A stretch of 64,000 nt of DNA, taken from Octopus sinensis. Its lineage: Eukaryota. Shown here one piece after another: positions 24,088 to 35,970 of this stretch; position 1 is the first letter of the stretch; every line of letters begins with the position of its first letter. The position numbers were made by a program, and so were the translations under genes. Under the pieces are notes generated by a model that was not told where the DNA came from, searched no databases, and worked only from the letters and a program-made list of their open reading frames with translations. Location: contig NC_042997.1 in the NCBI RefSeq assembly GCF_006345805.1, forward strand, positions 177,940,001-178,004,000. The letters run 5' to 3'.

Positions 24088-24861
24088 TATATATATATGT
24101 TAAAAAAATCTTGCCTTTTTCCCCAATATTTTCTTACGTGCTGTTTCCGATGATGATATGCATCTGTATGTGAAGTACACAATGCGGAGTCTGCACTGTA
24201 AATGCACACAAAATAAGATCATAACTTCCTAATTAATTCTTGCAATGAAGTTCACACAAAGAATTTAGTTATGTCAATAAGTTACAGAACTACATAGCTA
24301 TATGCATACTTGCCTCAATACTTGGCATGAGGCACTTCTTGTTATTCTTAATGTTTCTTGCTCTTCAGGTTACCCAACACTAACTAAAGCAATAGATTCC
24401 AACCAAAGTCCATATGACCCTCAGGGGTCCATATAAGATTTTCTTGTTAAAATTTATGAGCAATTAATGTCCCCATAAAAAGAAATCCAATAATAGAGTC
24501 AAATTTGGTAAATGTGGAGGTCAAAATAATGGTCTGGTCTACTTCTTTCGATCTATCTGCTAGGGTGCACAATCTTGTTGAAAAACTGTATTCTCCATCA
24601 GTTTTAATTGGTGCAGCTTAGGAAGGAAGTATAATAATTTTGTAGCATTACACCATAAGTTTATGGACACCCTGTATATATGTGTGTCTGTTCTCAAGGA
24701 ATGTTCTCAAGAAAATTTTTTTGAGAACATTCCTTTCTTAGTGGTAAGACCATAGCAGATCTACTTCAAGTATAATGAATGTCCACATAGGGGTCATCCC
24801 ACTTATATGTATATACTTATATATATATACACACACACACACATATATATATATAATGATT

Positions 24862-25069
24862 GTAGCCACTTCAACATGGTTGTCTGTTTGAACGGATTTT
24901 ACTGCGATTTTTTAACCCCCAAGAAGACATCTCCTCTAGCTGGCTAATGATGCACAGCTACATCTGAGATATTACGAGCATCGTTAACCAGCTAGAGGAG
25001 ATGTCCTCTTGGGGTTAAAAAATTGCAGTAAAGTCCATTTGAATGGACAGCCATGTTGAAGTAGCTATG
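24862..25069. repeat. Fold-back element: ~90-bp inverted arms with a ~24-nt spacer
   Basis: The arms align with about 12 transition differences and one indel. Confidence 0.85.
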
Positions 25070-25214
25070 AACATTACTAGTACAACCACTGCTTTGATCT
25101 CTTAGATTTTAGAACTAGCATTTTTGCTTATATATATATATATATTTATATATACCTGTTGAGGCAAGTGAAAATCAAAAATCAAAATCAAAATCGTTCA
25201 ACATCAATGGAAAT

Positions 25215-25555
25215 TGCAGCTGTGATACCAGTGCCGGTGGCACATGAGAGAACCATCCGTATGTGGCCGTTGCCAGCGCCACCCCGACTAGCCTCCATGC
25301 CGGTGGCACGTAAAAAGCACCATCTGATCGTGGCCGTTTGCCAGCCTCGTCTGGCACCTGTGTAGGTGGCACGTAAAAAGCACCCACTACACTCACGGAG
25401 TGGTTGGTGTTAGGAAGGGCATCCAGCTGTAGAAACACTGCCAGATCAGACTGGGGCCTGGCGCAGCCGTCTGACTTCCCAGACCCCAGTTGAACCGTCC
25501 AACCCATGCTAGCATGGAAAACGGACGTTAAACGATGATGATGATAATGATGATG
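25215..25555 (+). mobile_element. Repeat family C (RTE-type 3' end) with (GAT)n tail
   Basis: Match to family C. Confidence 0.8.
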
Positions 25556-25558
25556 ATA

Positions 25559-26055
25559 CAGGTTGTTCATAAAGTCATGGTGCAATTTAAAATACTTATA
25601 TCTTTGTCACTATACATGATAGAATTTATCCATAACAAGGATAAGAAAGAAAAATGACCTAAATTTTTTATTCCTCTTGTTAATTTTCAACATGTTTGCC
25701 ATCATTACCAATACAAAGAGAAATACAATTCTGTAGTTCTCAGAAAACATTTTCCAGATGATTTTCAGTACCACCTTCAATCACAACAGTTATCCTTGCT
25801 TTCAAGTCTTCTAAAGATCAAGGCTTAGTGGAATAAACAATACTTTTCACATGTCTCCATAAAAAGAAATTCAATAGAGTCAAATTTGGTAAATGTGGAG
25901 GTCAAAATAATGGTCTGGTCTACTTCTTTCGATCTATCTGTTAGGGTGCACAATCTTGTTGAAAAACTGTATTCTCCATCGGTTTTAATTGGTGCAGCTT
26001 AGGAAGGAAGTATAATAATTTTGTAGCATTACACCATAAGTTTATGGACACCCTG
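25559..26055 (-). mobile_element. Internally deleted Tc1/mariner element; right ~220 bp duplicated at 24467-24691
   Basis: TIR-like ends caggttgttcataaagtcatggtgcaat and attacaccataagtttatggacaccctg; the minus strand reads like WPP.SPDL...FFLWGHVKSIVY...LEDLKARI. Confidence 0.8.
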
Positions 26056-26400
26056 TATATATGTGTGTCTGTGTTTGCCCCCTGCCCCATAATTGCTTCA
26101 CAACCGGTTGGTGTGTTTACGTCCTTGTAACTTAATGGTTTGGCAAAGAGACTGATAGAATAAGTCCTGAGGTTAAATTATTCGACAAAAACACTTCAAG
26201 GTTATGCTCCAGTCAACTGACTGAAACAAATAAAAGAATACAAGAAGGGAATGAAACATAGAATGGTTATTAGGGTCCATCCAAGTAAAATAGGAATCAA
26301 AGGGTTCCATTGGTAAAAAAATGGTCGAGAAACACTGAACTGGAGTAAGAACCCTCTAGAATTTCTGCCTAACTACTTTTCCTATTGACATAAATCATAC

Positions 26401-26465
26401 AGATGTTTAAACTCAACATCTGTCTCAGCCTGTGAAGGTCTTAAGCAGTGACACTTTATTTCCAA
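26401..26465 (-). CDS. Weak candidate exon (65 nt, phase 0-2): LEIKCHCLRPSQAETDVEFKH
   Basis: T-rich tract plus gttag|TTG acceptor and CT|gtatga donor. Its phase does not join directly to the 31399-31452 exon, so an intervening exon would be needed. Confidence 0.25.
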
Positions 26466-26557
26466 CTAACCTTACAATTTAAAAAATAAATAAATAAAAC
26501 AAAATCAAAAAGAAATAACAAAAAATTGCTTATTTTATTGCTTCTATCAATTGAAAA

Positions 26558-28740
26558 GTACTGAGCTGCAATGCCCAAACTGGCGCGAATTTTATGCCTC
26601 TGGAGATGTGGACACTATACTCCAGAACATTCTGAATTCAATATGGGCAGCATGTGCAGCATCAGTACCACGCAAGCACAAAAAACCACCCAATAGTGCA
26701 ATTTGGGAGACTACAGCAGTCCGACTTGCCAGGAAAGAACGCCGTAATGCTGAACAGGAATACAAATTGCACAAATCAGAGAGCAACAGGAAAAAGCACA
26801 ATAGGTCAGCCAACCACCTCAAGCAGGTGACAAAAAAGGCAGTGCTTGAATTTGAACAACGCATTGCAGCTAACCCTGACAGCAAAGTGTTCTGGAAGTG
26901 TGTGCACTCAAAGCAGAGACCCCACTCTCCAGTTGGTCCCCTTCGCAATTCCCACACAGGACAGATTACTGGCAATCCCGAAGAATGTGCAGAAATCATT
27001 GCTGGATGCTATGCCGGCATCTTTACTGTCGAAGACCAAAATGTTCCATCTTCATCACCGCTGACATCGGACTCTATATCTACTATGCAATTTACACCAG
27101 CAATGCTGCAACGCCACCTTAAGAATAAACGCAATTATGCCTCTCCTGGTCTCGATGGTGTTACATACCTACTTCTCTAACGCGGTGGGTACTTTCTTCT
27201 AAGCCAACTTTCTCTATTCTTCCAATTCTGTCTTGACAATGGTGTTACTCCAGAACAGTGGAAAACTGCCAGTGTCATCCTTCTGTTCAAAAAAGGCGAC
27301 CGCACATCGCCTGTCAACTATTGCCCCGTCAGTCTTACTAGCTGCATCGCCAAACTGATGGAATCCTGTATCAGAGAAACCCTCTGGAACTTCTGGAAGT
27401 CTCACAGCCTCATCCAGCCATCACAATTCGGATTTATTCCTAACTCCAGCTGCTGTAATCAACTCATCGAGTTTCTTGAGAATGTTACCCAAATCACTGA
27501 TTGCGGATCCTGGGTGGATGTTGTTTACCTGGACTTTGCTAAGGCTTTTAACTCTGTGCCACACAAAAGACTTATGGTGAAGCTTTCTGCGTTGGGTGTA
27601 AGAGACGAACTCTATAACTGGTTGAAGTCCTTTATTTTCAGTTCTAGGACAGCACTCTTCGCCCTATGAGATGACATCTGGTGTACCACAGGGATCTGTT
27701 CTTGGCCCCCTTTTATTTGTTGCATATGTTAATGACATAGATGCCAACTTAAAGAATGCCACAGTGCTGAAATATGCAGATGACATGAAGCTGTACCTCG
27801 AAATAAAGAGGTCAAATCCTGTACACTATAGATCTCTATTGCAAGCAGACCTGGACACAATGCAGCAGTGGATCATGGACTGGCAACTCAAGCTGGCTGT
27901 GGACAAATGTACCACCATGCATTTTGGGAGGAGAAACCCAGCGTCCACCTACTCCCTCCACAACACTAGTCTCAAAAAGTCTTCATGTGAACGTGACCTG
28001 GGTGTTATTGTCGACAGTGATTTGCATTGGACAAAACACATCGCTAAAATTGTCAAGAAGGCTGAGGGTGTCTTGGCATCACTCACCAAATCCTTTGTGA
28101 GCCGCTCTCCGGCTATCTATCTGCGGCTTTATATAGCTATGGTAAGACCTCACCTGGAATTTGCATCACCAGTCTGGAACCCCTATCTTGCCCAGGACAT
28201 CAATCGTCTAGAAGCTGTTCAGTGACGTGCAACCAAAAGAATACCCTCCATCAGGCATTTGCCATATCCTGAATGCCTTACTTCCCTGGGCATGGACACA
28301 TTGAAACTCCGACGTCTGGCAGCTGACTTGGCAGACACCCATAAAATTATCAACCATCGTACAAACAATAACTCTGAGCACCTTTTCAAACTCCACCAGT
28401 CTAACACCCATGGACATATTTACAAAGTCAGAAAACAGCACAGCTCCCATGACTTCAGGAAACATTTTTTCACACTGAGAGTTGCTGAAGCATGGAACAA
28501 ACTGCCAGCATCAGTTGTTAGTTGTCGGAGCACTGCATCCTTCAAAACTTCCATGCTTTCTGAGATTCGCCAACACTACACCTGATTTTCTCCCCTCCAT
28601 ACACACACAAGCATGTATCTGATTCATACATTGTTCGCTTTCCAGACATTTTTACATTACTGCATGTACTTTATATGCACTTTCTGACAAGTTGTGGTGC
28701 ACCTGAGCACTGTATACAATAATTTCATTATTATTATTAT
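26558..28740 (+). mobile_element. 5'-truncated CR1-like LINE (RT domain) with stops, frameshifts and an (ATT)n tail
   Basis: VYLDFAKAFNSVPH, SGVPQGSVLGPLLF, KYADD and RPHLEFASPVWNP; a ~21-bp deletion near 27640; a CGA>TGA stop at about 28223. Confidence 0.95.
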
Positions 28741-29163
28741 AAGGGAATTTGAACTCACAATCTAGACAGTTCGGTTAATTTAATAATAATGAGATTATTG
28801 CATGCAGTGTTTAGGTGCACTGCAACTTGTGAGAAAAGGGTAAAAGAAGGAATGAAAAACATTAATAAGTCAAGTAATGAAAGACAATGATAGTCAAAAG
28901 TACAAGAAGACAGAAAGGCAGACAGTAAAAGAGCCATAAAGTGGAAATGGTACGTAGGCATGTCAGGGATAGTGTTTGCGAATATTGGAAAGCATAGAAT
29001 TTTGAAGGATGTAGTGTCCTGGCAGCTAGTAACCGCCACCGCCAACGACAATGTCATCCTCCTCCTCCTCCTCCTCGTCATTTAATGTCCATTTTCCATG
29101 CTGGCTTGGGTTGGACGGTTTGACTGGGGTCTGGGAAGCCAGGAGGCTGCACCAGGTCCCAAT

Positions 29164-29600
29164 CTTCACTAATCATTCTTAAAAGGAGATAGTGAGCATT
29201 TGTTAGCCATTTAATTTATTCCATGCTTTGACAATTCTGAGTGTGCTTTTAATTCATGCACTCTGGTGCTTACTGCATTCTTTTACAAAAGTATTTAGCA
29301 GTTTTGAACAGAAGGCAATAGACACATGCCTCCATTTTAAAAGAAATATAGTAAGTCTTCACTACCCATTCTTAAAAGGAGATAGTGAGCATTTGTTAGC
29401 CATTTAATTTATTCCATGCTTTGACAATTCTGAGTGTGCTTTTAATTCATGCACTCTGGTGCTTACTGCATTCTTTTACAAAAGTATTTAGCAGTTTTGA
29501 ACAGAAGGCAATAGACACATGCCTCCATTTTAAAAGAAATATAGTAAGTCTTCACTACCCATTCTTAAAAGGAGATAGTGAGCATTTGTAGGCCATTTAA
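29164..29600. repeat. Tandem repeat, 193-bp unit, about 2.2 copies
   Basis: cttcact...ggagatagtgagcatttg recurs at 29164, 29357 and 29550. Confidence 0.9.
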
Positions 29601-30404
29601 AACAAAATGGAGCAAATCTTTGTCAGCCATTTTAAAAGGAAACAGTAAGTCTTCTTCATCGCCGTTGTGGTCATCATTACTGTTATTGTTGTTGCCATCG
29701 CTAATACCATCTTTATTATCATCACTATATCAAATCATTTCTAGTTCCCCAAAACTCCAGTTTTTATTTCCAACAATTTAAAAAAGTTCAGTAATCCTTA
29801 GCTAATCATTTAAAAAGATAGTAAACTTTATACAACAAATCCTTTTTCAAGGAAGAAGCACACTTCCTTAGTTATTCTTTACAAAAATGCAGCAAGCCTA
29901 TGCTATATAAAATTTTCTGCTATCTTTTTCTTTCAGAATGTTTTAAAATTGAATGTATTTTATCAATGTAAGAAATGCTTATTATATAGGCATGGAAAGT
30001 TGGTGAGCTGGCAGAATTATTACTGCACTTTCCAGTTTTTTACATTCTGGTCAATAAAAAAAAGTAGCAATCAAAGACCAGGGTTAGGAAAATTTTCACG
30101 TTGATCCAGTTCACTCAGCTGGTAAACATGAGTAATCCTGCAAAGGCCTAGCATCCCATCCAGGGAGGAGTAAATATGCCAGAGAAACTGGCCCTATGAT
30201 CCTTAAGGAGTAAATTGGATTAACCACTACAGCAATGCAAGTGTAATTGTTTCTTCTTTCCTTGTTTTCCTTCAAAGACAGGATGGTCATGGTTAGAATA
30301 CCTTTGATCAAAGGTCTGCTTGATCGACAAAAAACACTGATTTTTAAAATTTTGGTATGAGACCAAATTTTTTCTTTTTCTCTTTTTTTTTTTGTGGGGT
30401 ACAA

Positions 30405-30880
30405 GTAACATCATCATCATCATCGTCATCATCATCATCATCATTTAACATCCGCTTTCCATGCTAGCATGGGTTGGACGATTTGACTGAGGTCTGGCGA
30501 ACCAGACTCCAATCTGATCTGGCAGAGTTTCTACAGCTGGATGCCCTTCCTAACGCCAACTACTCTGAGAGTGTAGTGGGTGCTTTTACGTGCCACCGGC
30601 ACAAGGGCCGGTTTGGTGGTACTGGCAATGGCCACACCCAAATGGTGCTTTTTACGTGCCACCTGCACAGGAGCCAGTCAAGCGGCACTGGCGACGACCT
30701 TGCTCGAATGTTTCACGTGCCACCAGCACAAGTGCTAGTAAGGCGACGCAGTAACGATCATGCTTGAATGATGTGCTTAACATGCCATTAGCATGAAGGC
30801 CAGCTTGTTGCTCTGGCAACGATCTTACTCGTATGGTACTCTTAGCGCTTCACTAGCAACAGATGCCAGTCACCGAGTTT
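30405..30880 (-). mobile_element. Repeat family C (longer RTE-type 3' end)
   Basis: (CAT)n followed by the family-C sequence and repeated acgtgccacc units. Confidence 0.8.
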
Positions 30881-31281
30881 GATTTCGACTAGTACTTGAC
30901 AATAACTATATTTTAAAGACATTGAATAGGATGAAAAACAAAGATGATTTAAACATGGAAAATAAAAGAGGAATGGATAACAGGTTTTATGGTGGTTGGG
31001 GTTGCAGAAGTTTATGGCCTCCATAGTACTCACACAAACATATACTTGGACATGTGCACACATACACACTAGTACATGAATACATAAATGTACACCCAAA
31101 CCCACACACAGAGGAAGAAACATAGAGAGAAAATGAGAGAAAGAGAAGGAGGAGAGAGTGAGAAGGAGAGAGAGAATGGGGAGAGAGAGAGAGAGATAAG
31201 GAAAACAAAAATAGCTACAACTATGTGTTTACCAGAAAAGAAAAACTATAAAGAATTTTGTATTGTGTGTGTGTGTGTGTG

Positions 31282-31321
<40 letters not shown>

Positions 31322-31398
31322 GGGACAGAAAGAGGGTTAGAGAAAGAGAATGTGTGTTAAGGAAATCTTGCCGTTTCTCCGCATTTTTTTTTGCTAAC

Positions 31399-31452
31399 AT
31401 CTGTTTTCCTTTCAGAACTTGTGGACCAGAACTTTTTCCTAAAGAGTCTTCA
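31399..31452 (-). CDS. Probable internal coding exon (54 nt, phase 2-2): (S)EDSLGKSSGPQVLKGKQ
   Basis: Acceptor ttttgtttttattttcag|T and donor AT|gttagc; the phase-2 start matches the end of the preceding exon. Confidence 0.55.
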
Positions 31453-31482
31453 CTGAAAATAAAAACAAAATTGCTGCATGAA

Positions 31483-31534
31483 AATTAATTCTCATAATTA
31501 ATTCTCATAATTAATTCTCATAATTAATTCTCAG
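31483..31534. repeat. 13-bp minisatellite (AATTAATTCTCAT)x4
   Basis: Seen directly. Confidence 0.9.
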
Positions 31535-31738
31535 TTATACTTAATGAAAGTGGTGTCAATTTCAATCAGCTGATCTGATTAAAGTTACCTCCATTGATTG
31601 TTATTTTTAAGATTATAATGCTTTTGATATCAATCTGCCCCAGCTTGCCACTGGTTTTGTTATATAAACTGTTTTAAAGGATCTAAATTTAAAATCTTCC
31701 ATCCAAATTTTATGTTAAATTATATTCCAAACATCAAC

Positions 31739-31954
31739 TTAACCCTTTCATTACTGTATTTATTTTGAGATGCTCTGCGTTTTTTCAATTATTTTAAATA
31801 TAACAAAGAATTTAGTAAAATAACTTAGTTATCATTAAGCTAGTGTTAGGAACATAAATTGTGTCTAAGATCTTAATTCAAAACTTATGAAAATGAGACA
31901 TTTGTACTATAGAGCCAGAGCCCGTTTCAGCCGAGTTGGTATCAAAAAGGTTAA
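31739..31954. mobile_element. TTAA-flanked (piggyBac-like) MITE
   Basis: ttaa|ccctttc ... aaaaagg|ttaa; homologous to 52306-52535. Confidence 0.75.
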
Positions 31955-32154
31955 TAAGGACAAAGTTATTTTACTAAATTCCTCATTATTTTCAAAACTG
32001 ATTGAAACAAAGGCAGCATATTTTGACAGAAATGTGGTAACAGAAACATTAAACACCATTAGAGGAAGTTTTGTTTGTTGATTATTCCAGCATTCTCAAA
32101 TGATCAAAGTTTTTTAACCCACTATATAATATGAGATAAATAAAATAAATGCAC

Positions 32155-32394
32155 CCTTTTAAAGCCTAGCCAGGCTCATGGGCCTGGTTTCCCGGCTTCA
32201 ATGGCGTATGTGTTCCCCAGCTGGATGGGACGCCAGTCCATCGCAGTGTTACTCATTTTTGCCATCTGAGTGGACCGGAGCAACGTGAAATGAAGTGTTT
32301 TGCTCAAGAACACAACGCGTTGCCCGGTCTAGGAATCGAAACCACAATCTTACAATCATGATGCTGACACTCTAACCACTAAGCCATGCGCCTC
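32155..32394 (-). mobile_element. SINE family E variant
   Basis: Head gaggcgcatggcttagtggttagagtg and B-box gtttcgattcc on the minus strand. Confidence 0.8.
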
Positions 32395-32873
32395 AACATA
32401 TAATATGAGACCTTACCATATTTTCAAACAAGGTGGCAAGTTCTTATAAGCCATTTTCAAAGAAAGTGATAGAAAGTTTTATAGAAGTCGTTTTTAAAGA
32501 AGGCAAGTTTGGAAGGGGACCCAGTGTTAAACAGAAATTTTTATACTAGCTTTTTCTCCAACCCCAAAGCATTGTAAAATTGAATGCCTTTTGACATTGC
32601 AAGAAATGGACATTATCATATGTGCATGGGAAGGTGGTGAGGTGGTAGGAACATTAGCATGTCAGACAAAATGCTTGGTAGCATTTTGTTCGTCTTTACG
32701 CTCTGATTTCAAATTCTGCTGAGGTTGACTTTGTCTAGTGGGGGGGGGGCGATAAAATAAGTACCGGTTGAACACTTGGGTCAATGTCACTGGCTAGCCA
32801 TCGTCCCTAAACTTCAGGCCTGGTGTCTATAACAGAAAGGTGCAGGCATGGCTGTGTGGTTAAGAAGTTCACT

Positions 32874-32875
<2 letters not shown>

Positions 32876-32910
<35 letters not shown>

Positions 32911-33969
32911 AATTATTGTATACAGTGCTCAGGTGCACCACAACTTGTCAGAAAGTGCATATAAAGTACATGCAGTAATGTAGAAATGTCTGGAAAGCGA
33001 ACAATGTATGAGTCAGATACATGCTTGTGTGTGTATGGAGGGGAGAAAATCAAGTGTAGTGTTGGCGAATCTCAGGAAGCATGGAAGTTTTGAAGGATGC
33101 AGTGCTCCGACAACTAACAACCGATGCCGGCAGTTTGTTCCATGCTTCAGCAACTCTCAGCGTGAAAAAATGTTTCCTGAAGTCATGGGAGCTGTGCTGT
33201 TTTCTTACTTTGTAAATATGTCCATGGGTGTTAGATGGGTGGAGTTTGAAGAGGTGCTCAGTGTTATTGTTTGTACGATGGTTGATAATTTTATGGGTGT
33301 CTGCCAAGTCAGCTGCCAGACGTCGGAGTTTCAATGTGTCCATGCCCAGGGAAGTAAGGCGTTCAGGATATGGCAAATGCCTGATGGAGGGTATTCTTTT
33401 GGTTGCACGTCGTTGAACAGCTTCCAGACGATTGATGTCCTGGGCAAGATAGGGGTTCCAGACCGGTGATGCAAATTCCAGGTGAGGTCTTACCATAGCT
33501 ATATAAAGCCGCAGATAGATAGCCAGAGAGCGGCTCACAAAGGATTTGGTGAGTGATGCCAAGACACCCTCAGCCTTCTTGACAATTTTAGCGATGTGTT
33601 TTGTCCAACGCAAATCACTGTCGACAATAACACCCAGGTCACGTTCACATGAAGACTTTTTAAGACTAGTGTTGTGGAGGGAGTAGGTGGACGCTGGGTT
33701 TCTCCTCCCAAAATGCATGGTGGTACATTTGTCCACAGCCAGCTTGAGTTGCCAGTCCATGATCCACTGCTGTATTGTGTCCAGGTCTGCTTGCAATAGA
33801 GATCTATAGTGTACAGGATTTGACCTCTTTATTTCGAGGTACAGCTTGATGTCATCTGCATATTTCAGCACTGTGACATTATTTAAGTTGGCATCTATGT
33901 CATTAACATATGCAACAAATAAAAGGGGGCCAAGAACAGATCCCTGTGGTACACCAGATGTCATCTCAT
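32876..33969 (-). mobile_element. 5'-truncated CR1-like LINE inserted into a SINE
   Basis: Open RT C-terminal half (SGVPQGSVLGPLLF...PEIRQHYT) and an (ATT)n tail. The host SINE resumes on both sides (gcaggcatggctgtgtggttaagaagttcacttt and gtaaccacatgg). Confidence 0.95.
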
Positions 33970-34100
33970 GGTCTTTGTAACCACATGGTCTTGGGTTCAG
34001 TTCTACTGCATGGTACACTGGGTTGTTGTCTTCTACTATTGTCCTGGCATGACCAAATGCCTTGTCAGTGATTTTGGTAGACAGCAACTATAAAGCCAAA

Positions 34101-34333
34101 GGCGGTGAGCTGGCAGAGTCGTTACCGCACTGGGTGAAATGCTTTGCGGCATTTCGTCTGTCTTTATGTTCTGAATTCAAATTCCGCTGAGGTCGACTTT
34201 GCTTTTCATCCTTTTGGTGTCGATAAATTAAGTACCAGTTACGCACTGGGGTCGATGTAATCGACTTAATCCCTTTGTCTGTCCTTGTTTGTCCCTTCTA
34301 TGTTTAGCCCCTTATGGGTAATAAAGAAATAAG
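34101..34333 (+). mobile_element. SINE family B with TSD
   Basis: TSD agcaactataaagccaaag on both sides. Confidence 0.9.
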
Positions 34334-34515
34334 CAACTATAAAGCCAAAGCTTCTTCCCAAGCCATTGGCTCATAAGGCCAGTTTCTCAGATTCTGTGGC
34401 ATATATATTCCCCTACAGGATGGGATGTGAGTCTGTCACAGGATTACTCATTTTTGCCACCAGAGTGAGCAACATGAAATGAAGTGTTCTGTTCAAGAGC
34501 ACAATACACCACTTG

Positions 34516-34720
34516 TTGTTGTTGTTAAGCAACAAGACGGGTTAGGGTGATTAGGTGATGATCTAGGGCTTAGGGGCGGGAGACCCCAGACCTTGGAAAA
34601 AAAAAAAACTTTGGTCGTCTTGTTGTAGTCGAGGGCTCTTTTTTGATGTCTGACACCACTGGGAGGTGGCCCTCAAAGTCGCTGGAAATGAAGATCTCCA
34701 GGTCCAAATTCTTGAACGGC
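34516..34720 (-). mobile_element. Unclassified ~200-nt structured retroposon, copy 4, nested in a family-E SINE
   Basis: Perfect 14-bp TSD caatacaccacttg (34502-34515 and 34721-34734); (AAC)n tail; more CpG decay than copies 1-2. Confidence 0.85.
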
Positions 34721-35181
34721 CAATACACCACTTGGTTGCCTTGTAGAGAATTAAAATCACAATTCTGTAATCATGAGTGCTACACCCTAACCTCGAGGCT
34801 ATGTGCCTCCACACATGTATGGATGTGTGCATCTTTGTGTTTGCAGTACGTTTGTTCTTCACCACTACTCGATAGCCGGTGTTGGTTTATTTATGCCCAT
34901 GTAATTTAGAAGTTCAGCAAGTGACACCAACAGACACTGAAGACACCAGACTTTAAAAAAAAGTCCTATGATCCATTTGCTAGACTAAACCTTTTGAGGC
35001 AGTATCCCAGCATGGCCACAGTCCAACAACTAAAACAAGTAAAGGATAAAAGATAGACTGAGGAATTGGTTATATATTGAGGATGATGGTCAAGACAATA
35101 GAACAGTGTTCTACTAGCTTGGACAGATACTGTTTTTACTCATGTAGCTCAGCCCAAATTTCCTTAGTCTCTAGTAGGTAC

Positions 35182-35482
35182 CTGTGGAGGCACATGGCCT
35201 AGTGGTTAGAGCAGCAGACTCGCGATCGCGGGTTCGAATCTCAGACTGGGCGATGAGTGTGTTTATGAGCGAAGCACCTAAGCTCCACGCAGCTCCAGCA
35301 GAAGGTAATGGCGAATTTCTGCTGACTCTTTCACTACAACTTTCTCTCACTCTTTCCTCCTGCATCTTGTAGCTCACCTGCGACGGACCGACGTCCCGCC
35401 CAGGTGGGGAACCTATACGCCTAGGAAACCGGGAAACCAGCCCTTATGAGCCAGGCGTGGCTCGAGAAAGAACAAAAAAAAA
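35182..35482 (+). mobile_element. SINE with a family-D-like head and body and a different 3' module ending in an A-rich tail
   Basis: ggcacatggcctagtggttagagcagcagactcgcg...ggttcgaatctc; body ctctttcactacaactttctctcactc. Confidence 0.8.
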
Positions 35483-35509
35483 TAGTAGGTACCTCTTAAT
35501 GCTTTTGAG

Positions 35510-35800
35510 CAGTGGTTCTTGGCTGGGGTCTATATGGCTCCAGGGGGTCTATACAGTATTTTAGGGACCATGAAAAATTTTTACCTTAGATGCATTAATC
35601 ATAAGAAACAACCAGGATTCTTTCCCTAATATTACATATTGTTCAAACTACACAAGTGAATGTATGAAAAAATCAAAACAGGAATTTTGTAAGAAGTATT
35701 CATGAAACTAGTTTTTAAACATCAAATGGCTGTGGGGGTTCATCGGAATAGAATAGTAATTAAAGGGTTCACAGGTAAAAAAATCGGGTGAGAGCCACTG
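35510..35800. mobile_element. hAT-like MITE
   Basis: TIRs cagtggttct and agagccactg; imperfect 8-bp TSD cttttgag/ctttagaa. Confidence 0.65.
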
Positions 35801-35970
35801 CTTTAGAATAATTAAAAATTGATATGATGTATGTACTTTGTGATGGTATTTCAAACATTTTATAGTACAATTAAAATACTTACAATTGAAGTTTTTTCAC
35901 TACTGGTTTATTGCATGATAAACACGTTTCAGGATTCAATCTTCTACAAAATAAAACAAAAATTTATAGG

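Noticed and set aside
33050-34087. 345-aa ORF suggesting a domesticated RT gene with a novel N-terminus
   Set aside because: The first ~40 residues are the antisense reading of the SINE into which the truncated CR1 inserted. The RT lacks its N-terminal motifs, so this is a chance in-frame fusion.
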